DNA of 64,000 bases. Origin: Octopus sinensis. Taxonomy: Eukaryota. Below, piece by piece: positions 52,926-64,000 of the stretch; position 1 is the first letter of the stretch; each line of letters starts with the position of its first letter. A program made the position numbers and the translations under genes. The DNA is taken from NCBI RefSeq assembly GCF_006345805.1, contig NW_021833113.1:18232-82231 (forward strand), in the 5' to 3' direction. The notes below the pieces were generated by a model. That model was given only the letters and a program-made list of their open reading frames with translations, was not told the origin of the DNA and did not search any database.

Positions 52926-54046
52926 TAACTTTTATTCTGCATAGTGTAGGCAATGACGAACCTCCCCAATATCTCTGCATAGAAAACACTACGAGGAATT
53001 AGAACGAAGGAAGAGAATTGCTTCATCTGATGGGAGAACTCATTTTCATCAGCCAAGCATTTTGCCTGGAATGCTAACGATTCTGTCAGCTGGCCAGCCT
53101 TAATAATAATCCTTTTTACTGGAAGCACAAAGCCTCAAATTTGGGGGAAGCGATTAAGTTGATTACATCAACCCCAGTGCGTAACTGGTACTTAATTTAT
53201 CGACCCCGAAAGGATGAAAGGCAAAGTCGACCTCGGTGGAATTTGAACTCTGAACGTAAAGACAGATGAAATACCTATTTCTTTACTACCCACAAGGGGC
53301 TAAACACAGAGGGGACAAACAAGGACAGACAAACGGATCAAGTCGATTACATCGACCCCAGTGCGTAACTGGTACTTAATTTATCGACCCCGAAAGGATG
53401 AAAGGCAAAGTCGACCTCGGTGGAATTTGAACTCAGAATGTAACGGCAGACGAAATACCTATTTCTTTACTACCCACAAGGGGCTAAACACAGAGGGGAC
53501 AAACAAGGACAGACAAACGGATCAAGTCGATTACATCGACCCCAGTGCGTAACTGGTACTTAATTTATCGACCCCGAAAGGATGAAAGGCAAAGTCGACC
53601 TCAGCGGAATTTGAACTCAGAACGTAGCGACAGACGAAACATGGCTATGCATTTTGCCCGGTGTGCTAATGGTTCTGCCAGCTAGCCGCCTATATCTATC
53701 GCTATCTCTCTGTCTATCACTGGCCCCACCCCCTCACCGTAACCAGTCAGCTGAGGGGGGACAAAGACATTGTGAGGAAAAGACGGTAGAGGTGACGGTG
53801 TGGAGAGAGGAAAACAGGGAGACAGAGACAAGCAGATATAGGCAGGCAAGGATAGGCAGGCAGACGTGTAGAGAGATAGATAAACATTTATACACAAATA
53901 TAAGAGAGTGTCCACTATGTGGTCGACTCTTGCACTAAAAATAGATCCGCTATGGTCTCAACCACCAAAAATTGTTTCCAAGGAGAATTAGCACAACTTT
54001 TAACGTAAACGAGCAGGGCAAATGAAAAATAACAAAAATGTAGATT

Positions 54047-54125
54047 AATTCTAGACAGTTGTTTCGCTATTAATGTATTATGCAATTTTACTTACATAAT
54101 ATATCCATAGTTCATCAGTAGAATT
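54047..54125 (-). ncRNA. Type I hammerhead ribozyme motif (Penelope-like origin), FECH sense strand
   Basis: AATTCTA-CTGATGA-A CTAT...ATAG C-GAAA-CAACTG-T-C-TAGAATT. 7-bp helix I, intact CUGAUGA and GAAA core, extended helix II with A·C at 10.1/11.1, GUC triplet. Folded by hand; activity untested. Confidence 0.65.
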
Positions 54126-54766
54126 TGTCTTGAATACAATTTACTAAACCGCACGCCAAATTTTAACATAACGTCAAACACACGAGTAGTTCAGTCGATT
54201 ATACTTGCAGTTATGATTCGAATGCCCTCGTTAAAGCGCGCCAAGACCTCCGGAAACAAATACTGCATAAAAAATTTACTGCAGTATAATTAAAATAAAA
54301 AATAAGGGTGAAAAAATTGGATATTAATTTAATAATACCATCAATTTAACACCAATTTAACACCACAACACTTGGTGTTAAATTGATGGCATTATTAAAT
54401 TAACCCTTTCGTTACCAACCCGGCTGAAACCGGCTCTGGCTCTTTAGTACAAATGTCTGGTTTTCAAAAGTTCTGAATTAAAACCTTCCACCAAACCTTA
54501 GTCACAATTTATGTCCCTAACTCTAGCTTAATGATAACGATGTTATTTTACTTAATTCTTTGTTTTATTTAACATAATTGTAAGAAACACTGAGCAGCTC
54601 AAAATAAATTCAGTAACGAATATCCAATTTTTCACCCTTATTTTTGATTTTAGATAGACAGACAGACAGAAGAAACAAAGAGAGAGAGACCGAGACAGAT
54701 GGAGCATCAAACAAGACTACCTGACCAACCAGCAGACAGATATAGGAACAATGACATTTAATTTAC

Positions 54767-54879
54767 CTGTAATTAAGTGACAGACATTGATGCTGGAGTC
54801 GAGATAAATATTTGGTTTGGAGAAGAACTTTGCAGTTGATTTCAGCATTTTTGCAGACCTGCCTTAGAACACTCATCAT
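54767..54879 (-). CDS. FECH: FECH first coding exon, putative mitochondrial presequence MMSVLRQVCKNAEINCKVLLQTKYLSRLQHQCLSLNY(S)
   Basis: Acceptor ttattgcag 2 nt before the ATG (exon starts 54881), donor CAG|gtaaat. Phase 2 matches the next exon (AG+C = Ser, then TKPKTG). Stop-free and low in acidic residues. Presequences are poorly conserved, so this rests on splice signals and phase. Confidence 0.7.
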
Positions 54880-56659
54880 ATCTGCAATAAACAGGTTATA
54901 TTCGAGATTATAAATAGCAAAAAAAGAAAAGATGGGTGGGTAGGTGGGGGTGGGGGTAGATATACGTAAATATCGAACAATGAGAATGAATGCTCAAAAC
55001 CGCATTGGGGACAAAGATCCTTTTATTCATTTAGTAAGGCCACTCTTGATTTCATGTTAAGGAAGACCTCAACAATTATGGACGCCTCTCAGATGGAACA
55101 TCAGCGTTTGTCTCCATTCATCATTATCATCATCGTTTAACGTTTGTTTTCCGTGCTAGCACGGGTTGGACGGTTCGACCGGGGTCTGGGAAGCCAGGAG
55201 GCTGCACCAGGCTCCAGTCTGATCTGGCAGTGTTTCTACAGCTGGATGCCCTTCCTAACGCCAACCACTCCGTGAGTGTAGTGGGTGCTTCTTACGTGCC
55301 AGGGGAGTCTGGTAGCGGCCACGATCGGTTAGTGCTTTTAACGTGCCACCGGCACGGAAGCCAGTCAAGGCGGCGCTGGCATCGGCCACGTTCAGAGGGT
55401 GCCTTTTACGTGCCACTGGCACAGGTGCCAAGGGAGTTTGGCAGCAGCCACGATCGGTTGGTTTTTTTAACGTGCCACCGGCACGGAAGCCAGTCAAGGT
55501 GGCGCTGGCATCGGCCACGTTCGGATGGTGCTTTTTACGTGCCACTGGCATAAGTGCCAGGGGAGTCTGGCAGCGGACACGATCGGTTGGTGCTATTAAC
55601 GTGGCACCGGCACAGAAGCCAGTCAAGGCGGCGTTGGCATCGGCCACGTTCGGATGGTGCTTTTAACGTGCCACCGGCACGGTGGCCAGTCAAGGCGGCG
55701 CTGGATTAATATTGTGCTTCATGTGATCGGCTTCAGAATGACTGAAGTCTTCTTATGACGAGAAACCAATACTCTTTTACTCTGTTTTACTTGTTTCAGT
55801 CATTTGACTGCGGCCATGCTGGAGCACCGCCTTTAGTCGAACAAATCCACCCCGGGACTTATTCTTTGTAAGCCTAGTACTTATTCTATCGGTCTCTTTT
55901 GCCGAACCGCTAAGTAACGGAGACGTAAACACACCAGCATCGGTTGTCAAGCAATGCTAGGGGGACAAACACAGACACACAAACACACACATAATATATA
56001 TATATATATATATAATATATATATATATATTATATATATATATACACACATATATACGACAGGATTCTTTCAGTTTCCGTCTACCAAATCCACTCACAAG
56101 GCATTGGTCGGCCGGTGCTATAGCAGAAGACACTTGCCCAAGATGCCATGCATAGAGGGGACAAACAAGGACAGACAAACGGATTAAGTCGATAACATCG
56201 ACCCCAGTGCGTAACTGGTACTTAATTTATCGACCCCGAAAGAATGAAAGGCAAAGTCGACCTCGGCGGAATTTGAACTCAGAACGCAACGACAGACGCA
56301 ATACCGCTAAGCATTTCGCCCGGGGTGCTAACGTTTCTGCCAGCTTGCCGGGCAACGGTTGACAACAGGAAAGTCATCTAACCTTAGAAAGTCTGCCTCA
56401 TTAAAAGTGGGAGGCAAAACGATAATGACGATGGTGATTTGTATCACAGTATAACAAATTACAGATATTTCACATGTCACATTAAATGTTTCCAGCTGAC
56501 TAAACACCTGTATATTGTGGTTGCTGACACTGATAAGGGAGTGGTTGTCAATTGCCACAGAACACAGACATCACAAAAGACTTTGTTCAAAATGGACAAA
56601 CAATTTTATTTGTAACTGCTTTCCTTGCTAATACACACACACACACATACATATAAGAT

Positions 56660-57257
56660 TAACTGGGAAGGTAGCTTTGGTGTGCAGCAGATGCACAGGG
56701 GCAATAAACACCACAGATGCTCAGAAAACAGATTCCATCACATGCCTGGGAGAGAAACTAGAAGTAGTTGATAGCTTCTGCTACCTGGGTGACCAAGTCT
56801 GTAGTGGGGGTGGATGGTCAGAGAACGTTACCTCTAGAATAAGAATTGCCTGGGCAAAGTTCAGACAGCTCCTACCCCTACTGGCGACAAAGGGTCTCTC
56901 ACTCAGAGTGAAAGGTAGATTGTATGATTCATGTGTGCAAACTGCCATGCTTCACAGCAGTGAAACATGGGCTTTGACAGCTGAAGGCACATGTAGGCTC
57001 GAAAGAAATGAAGCTAGCATGATCCACTGGATGTGTAATGTCAGTGTGAATGCACGACAGAGTGTAAGCACCCTGAGAGAAATGTTGGACATAAGAAGCA
57101 TCAGATGTGGCGTGCAGGAGAGACGTTTGCGTTGGTATGGTCAGGTACTACGGATGGATGAGGAGCGATGTGTGAAGAAGCGCCACTCCCTAACAGTGGA
57201 AGGAATCCAGGGTAGAGGTAGACCCAGGAAGACATGGGATGAGGTGGTCAAGCATTA
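56660..57257 (+). mobile_element. RTE-clade LINE fragment (RT C-terminal region)
   Basis: ORF 56677-57258 has LEVVDSFCYLGD, SRIRIAWAKF, KGRLY, SETW, RRLRWYGQVLRM and GRGRPRKTW. Confidence 0.88.
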
Positions 57258-57916
57258 GGCCCAGTCTGATCTGGCAGTGTTTCTACGGTTGGATGCCCTT
57301 CCTAACGCCAACCACTCCGCGAGTGTAGTGGGTGCTTTTTACGTGCCACCCGCACAGGAGCCAGACAGAGCTGGCAAACGGCCACGAACGGATGGTGCTT
57401 TTACGTGCCACCGGCACGGGGGCCAAGCGAGGCTGGCAAACGGCCACGGACGGATGGTGCTTTTTACGTGCCACCGGCACGGGGGCCAGGCGAGACTGGC
57501 AACAGCCACAAACGGATGGTACTATGTGCCACCGCCACGGGGGCCATATATATATATATATAAACACATGCACACAAACATGTGAGCACATACAAAAGTA
57601 ATGCATGTATACATACATGCACACGTCTTTTCTTTCAGACATTGAATTGTGGCCAAGTTGGAGCACGGCCTTGAAGAGTTTCAGTCGAATGAACTTATTT
57701 TTCGCTTGTTTTTTTTTTTACCTTTTTTCTTTTTTCTGTTTAAGCCTTATATTTATTCTATCCATATCTCAAATACGGGAACGTAAACAGACCACAAAAA
57801 GTGGCGTGGAGCAAACACAAACACGAAATCTAAACATACACACTTTGATTAATATACCCACCCCACTGACGAATATACGCGTGCATATTTTCCCTAACTT
57901 GTAGATTCTTCAATGA

Positions 57917-57954
<38 letters not shown>

Positions 57955-58519
57955 ATATATATATATATATATGGCCGTTGCCAGCGCCACCCCGACTGGC
58001 CTCGTACCGGTGGCACGTAAAAAGCACCATCCATTCGTGGCCGTTGCCAGCACCGCCCCGACTGGCCTCGTGCCGGTGGCACGTAAAAAGCACCATCCGA
58101 TCGTGGCCGTTTGCCAGACTCGTCTGGCACCTGTGCCGGTGGCACGTAAAAAGCACCCACTACACTCATGGAGTAGTTGGCGTTAGGAAGGGCATCCAGC
58201 CATAGAAGCATTGCCAGATCAGACTGGGCCTGGTGAAGCCTTCTGGCTTCCCAGACCCCAGTTGAACCGTCCAACCTATGCTAGCATGGAAAGCGGACGC
58301 TAAACGATGATGATGATGATATATATATATATATTCACACACACACGCGAAAGAAATATATATAGGCACAGGAGTGGCTGTGTGGTAAGTAGCTTGCTTA
58401 CCTACCACATGCTTCTGGGTTCAGTCCCACTGCGTGTCAGGGCCAACCAAAGCCTTGTGAGTGGATTTGGTAGACGGAAACTGGAAAGAAGCCCGTCGTA
58501 TATATATGTATGCGGGTAC

Positions 58520-59654
58520 TAGTCGTGGAGACTGGACCCGGTGCGCGCATCCGTGCTAGCCAGTCATAGGTAGTCGATCCTACAGCGACTTGCGTATGCA
58601 AATGAGCTGATTGGCGCAACACTGCAAAAACTAAGTTAATAGCGAGCCCCTACTGGAGCTTAGGAAATATTTTTCAACTATATACTGTGTATATTATTTT
58701 AAAGACAATTGCGTTTTTTTTTTCCTTACAAAACAATTAGAAGCATTGAAAAACATTTCTTTTTTCAAAGTAGACCACTACAGGCGACAATTCACTTGTG
58801 TTTCCTTTGAATAGCTACGGCAAACTTCGTTAACCATTCAGCTATGCTCGTTCTCTTTCAACTGGAATTTAACCCCTGACCAACCCTAAATTATTAGACA
58901 TTTTGGTCGTGGCCATCCCGCTTTGTTGTAAATCCAATACTGCATTGTTCAGTTTGACTTTAAAACAAAATTCGGCTGCTATTTCTAACAGCTCGGTGGA
59001 AGATATCTCTTGACCGAAGTTGTACAAGGTCTGTGTTTGCTCCTTGTTTTCAGTTTCTCCAAAGACCCAACTGAACTCTCGTCTTTAACTTCAGCTGAAC
59101 AGTTCCCAGTCCCAAGACTGCACTGGTCGTGCAGACCTGATCAAAGGAGTTTATTTCTAACCAGACGTAAAGTAACCCTTTACTTCATAGAAATGTTCTA
59201 TTTCTACGTGGGGGAAATTTGGTTACTATAAGTTTACATTGAAGAGACTTGGTCGTTGACAGGAGCCTCATAAGTTAACGCAGTGAACCATTTCATACGA
59301 GGCAACTAAATTCTGACCACACGATGTTGTTGGCTTGTCACCAGGAACCGATTTTCCTGTTGAAGCCTACAGTAAAATTACTTTGTTGGGGAGGGGTTAA
59401 GCCAATTTTTTAAAACCTTTTTTTTTGAATTTTCATGCTGCAGTTTGCCGTAGCTATTCAAAGGAAACAAGTGAATTGTCCCCTGTAGGGGTCTACTTTG
59501 AGAAAAAAAATGTTTGACTGTCCTTAAGGTTGTTTTGCTTTTTCTTTTTCAATGCTTCTAATTGTTTTGCCAATCAGCTCATTTGCATACGCAAGTCGCT
59601 GTAGGATCGACTGGCTAGCGCGGATGCGCGCACCGGGTCCAGTCTACGTGACTA
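58520..59654. mobile_element. Non-autonomous DNA transposon with long imperfect TIRs (TAG...CTA termini, GTAC TSD; Academ-like), nested in a family A SINE
   Basis: GTAC|TAGTCGTGGAGACTGGACCCGGTGCGCGCATCCG ... CGGATGCGCGCACCGGGTCCAGTCTACGTGACTA|GTAC. Inverted homology spans about 58520-58826 versus 59441-59654. SINE head on the left, SINE tail on the right. An alternative reading is a TA TSD with CTAG termini. Confidence 0.75.
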
Positions 59655-59941
59655 GTACCATGTACGTGTGTGTATATGTTTGTGTCTGTCCCCCCCCCCC
59701 CAACATTGCTTGGCAACCGATGCTGGTGTGTTTACGTCACAGTAACTTAGCGGTTCGACAAAAGGCGCCGATAGAATAAGTACTGGGCTTACAAAGAACA
59801 AGTCCTGGGGTCGATTTGCTCGACTAAAGGCGGTGCTCCAGCATGGCCGCAGTCAAATGACTGAAACGAGTAAAAGAATAAAAGTATATATATATACTAT
59901 ACACTACGGCACACATACATGTAAATATGTATGTGTGTGTA

Positions 59942-59975
<34 letters not shown>

Positions 59976-60684
59976 CAAACACACACAGAAACAAGCGTAA
60001 AAATCTATAGACACATTTAGCTATATATATATATATATATATCGCCCGGCGTTGCTCAGGTTTGTAAGGGAAAATAACTATAAAGCATTTTTAGAGAGTT
60101 ATAGCAAAAAAATGCATTAAAAATGGAAAAAAAATGATGGTAAATTTTTTTTTAAATCGTTGACTCATCGTAGATATTTTTAGAGAGTTACTTCCCTTAT
60201 ATAATAGCGAAAAAATGTATTAAAATGGAAAAGAAATGATGGTAAATTATTTTTAAAATCGTAGACTCATCGTAGACGCGCGCTAATACCCAGAAGGGCT
60301 CGATATGAATCACGACTATAAGATACCCGGTTTTGGTTAAACTGCACCGCAAAATGTGGGAGTAGTTAGGAATCTAAATCGAAGGGGACAGACACACAAC
60401 CTTACTTTTATATATAAAGATATATAAAGAGAGAGAGAGTGAGAGAGAGATCACACATATGTCTGTGTGCGTGTGTATAGAGGGCACCTACTGCCTTGCG
60501 AGTCAACCGAAGTCTAGGGTTAATGTTTCGTTTAAGCCCTTAAGGTCGAGAGATTCTATCCCTAAAATTTTCGTGGGATACGTTGGGGGAAAACAACCAA
60601 CTGGCAGATGCGGATAAATAAGTGTATATATTATAGAAATGTGGACAAGGAAACACGAAAAAATGCATGAGAGGGCTTGTATAG

Positions 60685-60720
<36 letters not shown>

Positions 60721-60749
60721 TAGGAATGTATATATAAACAAGCACTCAC

Positions 60750-60800
60750 CTCTCGTGGGACGGAGATTTGCAAGGCAGACTTCGAAACTAAGCAACCTAA
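60750..60800 (-). other. Candidate non-coding 5' exon of FECH (3' end only; 5' boundary unknown)
   Basis: Strong donor GAG|gtgagt (+ strand gcactcac|ctc at 60742-60752) in unique, CpG-containing sequence. The first coding exon has an acceptor 2 nt before its ATG, so an upstream exon is expected. No transcript evidence. Confidence 0.35.
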
Positions 60801-61669
60801 CTCTGTATGTATATATATATATATATTTATGTATGAGGTGTGTATATAAAAGAGAGATGTATATAATATTATAGATGTATCTGCGTGAATGGATGAATGT
60901 GTGGCTGTTTGCCTATGCGTGGGTGAAGAAAAATCTATCGCGTCGTTCTTCTACGAATGCAGTTCTAGCATTGAGATGTAGGCTGCGAAACTAAACAGCA
61001 TGGCTCCGTCCGTCTGTTTATAGGTATCGGCGATGAGAGAGAGAGAGAGATAGAGAGAGTGAGAAAGAGGAAGAGAGAGCGAGAGAGAGATCGAGAGAGT
61101 GAGAAAGGGGAAGAGAGAGCGAGAGAGAAAGAGAGAGAGAGAGAGTGAGAAAGGGGAAGAGAGAGCGAGAGAGAGAGAGAGAGAGAGAGTGAGAAAGGGG
61201 AAGAGAGAGCGAGAGAGAAAGAGAGATAGAGAGAGTGAGAAAGAGGAAGAGAGAGCGAGAGAGAGTGAGAAAGAGGAAGAGAGAGCGAGAGAGAGAGCGA
61301 AAGAGAGAGAGAAAGAGCGATGTATACTTAACTCTCTCTCTCTTTCTCTTCCTTTCTCTCTCCGTCACTCCCTCACTGTCTCTCATCACCTTTATCGCGT
61401 CTATATTATATAAATACACATACACACGCACACATATATACACACACGTATATATAATTACATAAGTATTATATAAGAGTTTGCGCCGGCATATCAATTG
61501 CATATATAGGTATATATATACCTATATATCTATATATAGGTATGTATAATGTATATATATATATATATATATAGTCATTTAGGGTAGCAAAAAAATTCAA
61601 TAGAAATTTATCGCGCAACCAGCGGCCCGGTGAAAAAGAGAAAATAGTCATCGACTAAATATATAATAT

Positions 61670-62042
61670 ATAACGATTTAGGATGACCCCAACAGGTCAC
61701 TCGTCCACCAGAAAGAGCAGCCATAACTCACAACCGCCAAGTATTATTAATTCAGAAATAGGTGAAATTTTAAAAACATTTACCCTAATTCATCTTTTAG
61801 ACGTTGCAACGTTTCTGTGTCATTAATGATTAAATTAGCTTAATAAATTAATTAAGCCAATCTACCATAGGTTACACTTCATCAGTAAAGACACAGAAAC
61901 GTTGCAACGTCTAAAAGATGAATTAGGGTAAATGTTTTTAAATTTTCACTAATTTCTGAATTAATAATACTTGGCGGTGTGAGTTATGGCTGCTCTTTCT
62001 GGTGGACGAGTGACCTGTTGGGGTCACTCCTAAATCGTTATA
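61670..62042. repeat. Inverted repeat (arms about 165 bp) with a hammerhead-like core in the spacer
   Basis: taacgatttagg...tctgtgtc / gacacaga...cctaaatcgtta. Confidence 0.88.
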
Positions 62043-62094
62043 TATATATATATATATTATATATTATATATATACACGTATACATACATAATAC

Positions 62095-62128
<34 letters not shown>

Positions 62129-62301
62129 GTATATATATAAATATGTATATATATAATGTATATATATATATGTATATATATTATATTAAATATATATATA
62201 TATATATTATATATATATACATATATATAATATATATTTATATATATATATATATTTATATTATAATAATATTTTAATATATATTAATATATATATATAT
62301 A

Positions 62302-62332
<31 letters not shown>

Positions 62333-62981
62333 TATATATATATATATATATATATACTCTTTACTCTTTTACTTGTTTCAGTAATTTTGACTGCGGCCAT
62401 GCTGGAGCACCGCCTTTAGTCGAGCAACTCGACCCCGGGGACTTATTCTTTGTAAGCCCAGTACTTATTCTATCGGTCTATTTTGCCGAACCGCTAAGTG
62501 ACGGGGACGTAAACACACCAGCATCGGTTGTCAAGCAATGCTAGGGGGACAAACACACACACACACACATATATAATATATATACGACAGGCTTCTTTCA
62601 GTTTCCGTCTACCAAATCCATTCACAAGGCTTTGGTCGGCCCGGGCCTATAGCAGAAGACACTTGCCCAAGATGCCACACAGCCACTCCCGCGCCTATTT
62701 ATTTATATTCACTTATACATACTGTACTTATTGTATCATATAACTCATTGCATATATATTTATATATATATATATATGCACGCACACACACAGATATTCT
62801 TTTTTTGGTTTCAGCCATTTCATTGCGGCCATACTGGAGCACCGCCTTTAGTCGAACAAATCGACCCCGGGACTTGTTCTTTGTAAACCTAGTATTTATT
62901 CTATCGAATTATTTTGATGAAGCGCTAAGTTACGGGGGACGTAAACACACCAACAGTGATTGTCAGGCGATGGTGGGGAGG

Positions 62982-63023
<42 letters not shown>

Positions 63024-63032
63024 TTGTGTGTG

Positions 63033-63314
63033 TGTGTATTTAGGGCTAAAAGACCACTAGGTGGATAGCCATATGCTAGAAGGAGATCACATACGATCCA
63101 ACTACAAAGAAAGAATGTTCTCCAGAGAAAATTCAGCAAATACCAGAGCAAAAGCGGACAAGACAGTAATTTTTAACTGTCTTGGCCGCCTATGTTCTGG
63201 TGTTCACCAAAATTTTCTCTGGAGAACATTCTTTCTTTGTAGTTAGATCGTATGTGATCTTCTTCTAGCATATGGCTATCCACCTAGTGGTTTTTCTAGC
63301 CCTAAATATACACA
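63033..63314. repeat. Palindromic element, about 280 bp (a further 145-bp palindrome at 63509-63655)
   Basis: tagggctaaaagaccactaggtggatagccatatgctagaa / ttctagcatatggctatccacctagtgg...agccctaa. Confidence 0.88.
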
Positions 63315-63648
63315 TGTATTGGAATTTTTTCTGATTTTTCGGATTTTTTATATGCTAGGCTACTGGTTTTAAATTGATGTTAATTAAATTAATATTCAAT
63401 TTATCTCCCTCATTATCTAAATATATATATATATATATATTGGTAAAACGGTAAGATAACAAAAGAAAGAAAGAGACCTCAATATTATGTAAATAAAGGA
63501 AATTTATCTATACAATAATATGTTACATTACTCGGTAGTCAAGATAAAACTCTGAGTTTCAGATGCCGAAGTGGAAATCCACAACACCATCTCTTCGGTT
63601 ATCTGGAACTCAGAGTTTTATCTTGACTATCAAGTAATGTAACATATT

Positions 63649-63679
<31 letters not shown>

Positions 63680-64000
63680 TATATATACAAAATAAGAAAA
63701 TGGAGAAATACATCTAAATCCACTCACAAGGCTTTGGTCAGGCCGAGGCTATAGTAGAAGACACTTGCCCATGGTGACACGCAGTGGGACTGAACCCGGA
63801 TCCATGTGGTTGGTAAGCAAGCTACTTACCACACAGCCACTCCTGCGCCCATATCTATATATATATCTTTTATCTTTACTTGTTTCAGTCTTTTGACTGT
63901 GGCCATGCTACAGCACCGCTTTAGTTTTTTGAATAATTGATTTGAGGACTTGTTCTTTGTAAGCCTAGTACTTATTCTGTCAGTGTCTTTTGCCGAACCA

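Noticed and set aside
52925-53128. Alternative candidate for the FECH presequence exon
   Set aside because: Its 5' part is SINE-derived and no phase-compatible donor was found; the 54767-54881 exon fits the splice signals and phase.
56328-56558. ORF with faint NHL-repeat-like start (AIDNHSLISVSNHNIQVF)
   Set aside because: A single weak resemblance, runs into a SINE, no convincing splice sites or second repeat.
57866-57895. CTGACGA followed by a short stem
   Set aside because: No GAAA after the stem and no helix I or III.
60980-61030. Possible first exon of a divergent + strand gene (cagcATGGCTCCG...)
   Set aside because: The frame stops after 7 codons (TAG) and no downstream exons were recognised before the window ends.

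Overview
AT-rich, repeat-dense eukaryotic genomic DNA. The SINE families, Penelope-like remnants and AT/AC microsatellite load point to an octopod cephalopod (Octopus-like; an inference). Two spliced genes face each other tail-to-tail, and every exon was placed by GT-AG boundaries, phase continuity and recognisable protein sequence. (1) The 3' part of SLC38A9, the lysosomal amino-acid transporter and mTORC1 sensor, on + in 8 exons from 1790 to 19711; its 5' part lies before the window. (2) An apparently complete ferrochelatase (FECH) on - in 10 coding exons from 54879 to 23384 (1251 nt, 416 aa), with the active-site His/Glu motifs and the [2Fe-2S] Cys ligands intact. Almost all other ORFs in the track are microsatellite, minisatellite or SINE artefacts or LINE fragments. 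Most notable observations: a 42-bp minisatellite that has amplified the 5' splice junction of FECH coding exon 7 into 31 extra donor-like sites (8 in frame, 27 AP-1 cores, 467-bp higher-order repeat); several fully foldable type I hammerhead ribozyme motifs from Penelope-like repeats in both genes' introns, including one in FECH sense whose only clear core defect is an A·C mismatch; an inverted repeat pair bracketing the FECH exon with the catalytic Glu; a 15-copy tandem array of SINE Pol III heads; and an array of hairpin units inside a Helitron. No prokaryotic features, CRISPR arrays or bona fide tRNA/rRNA genes were found.
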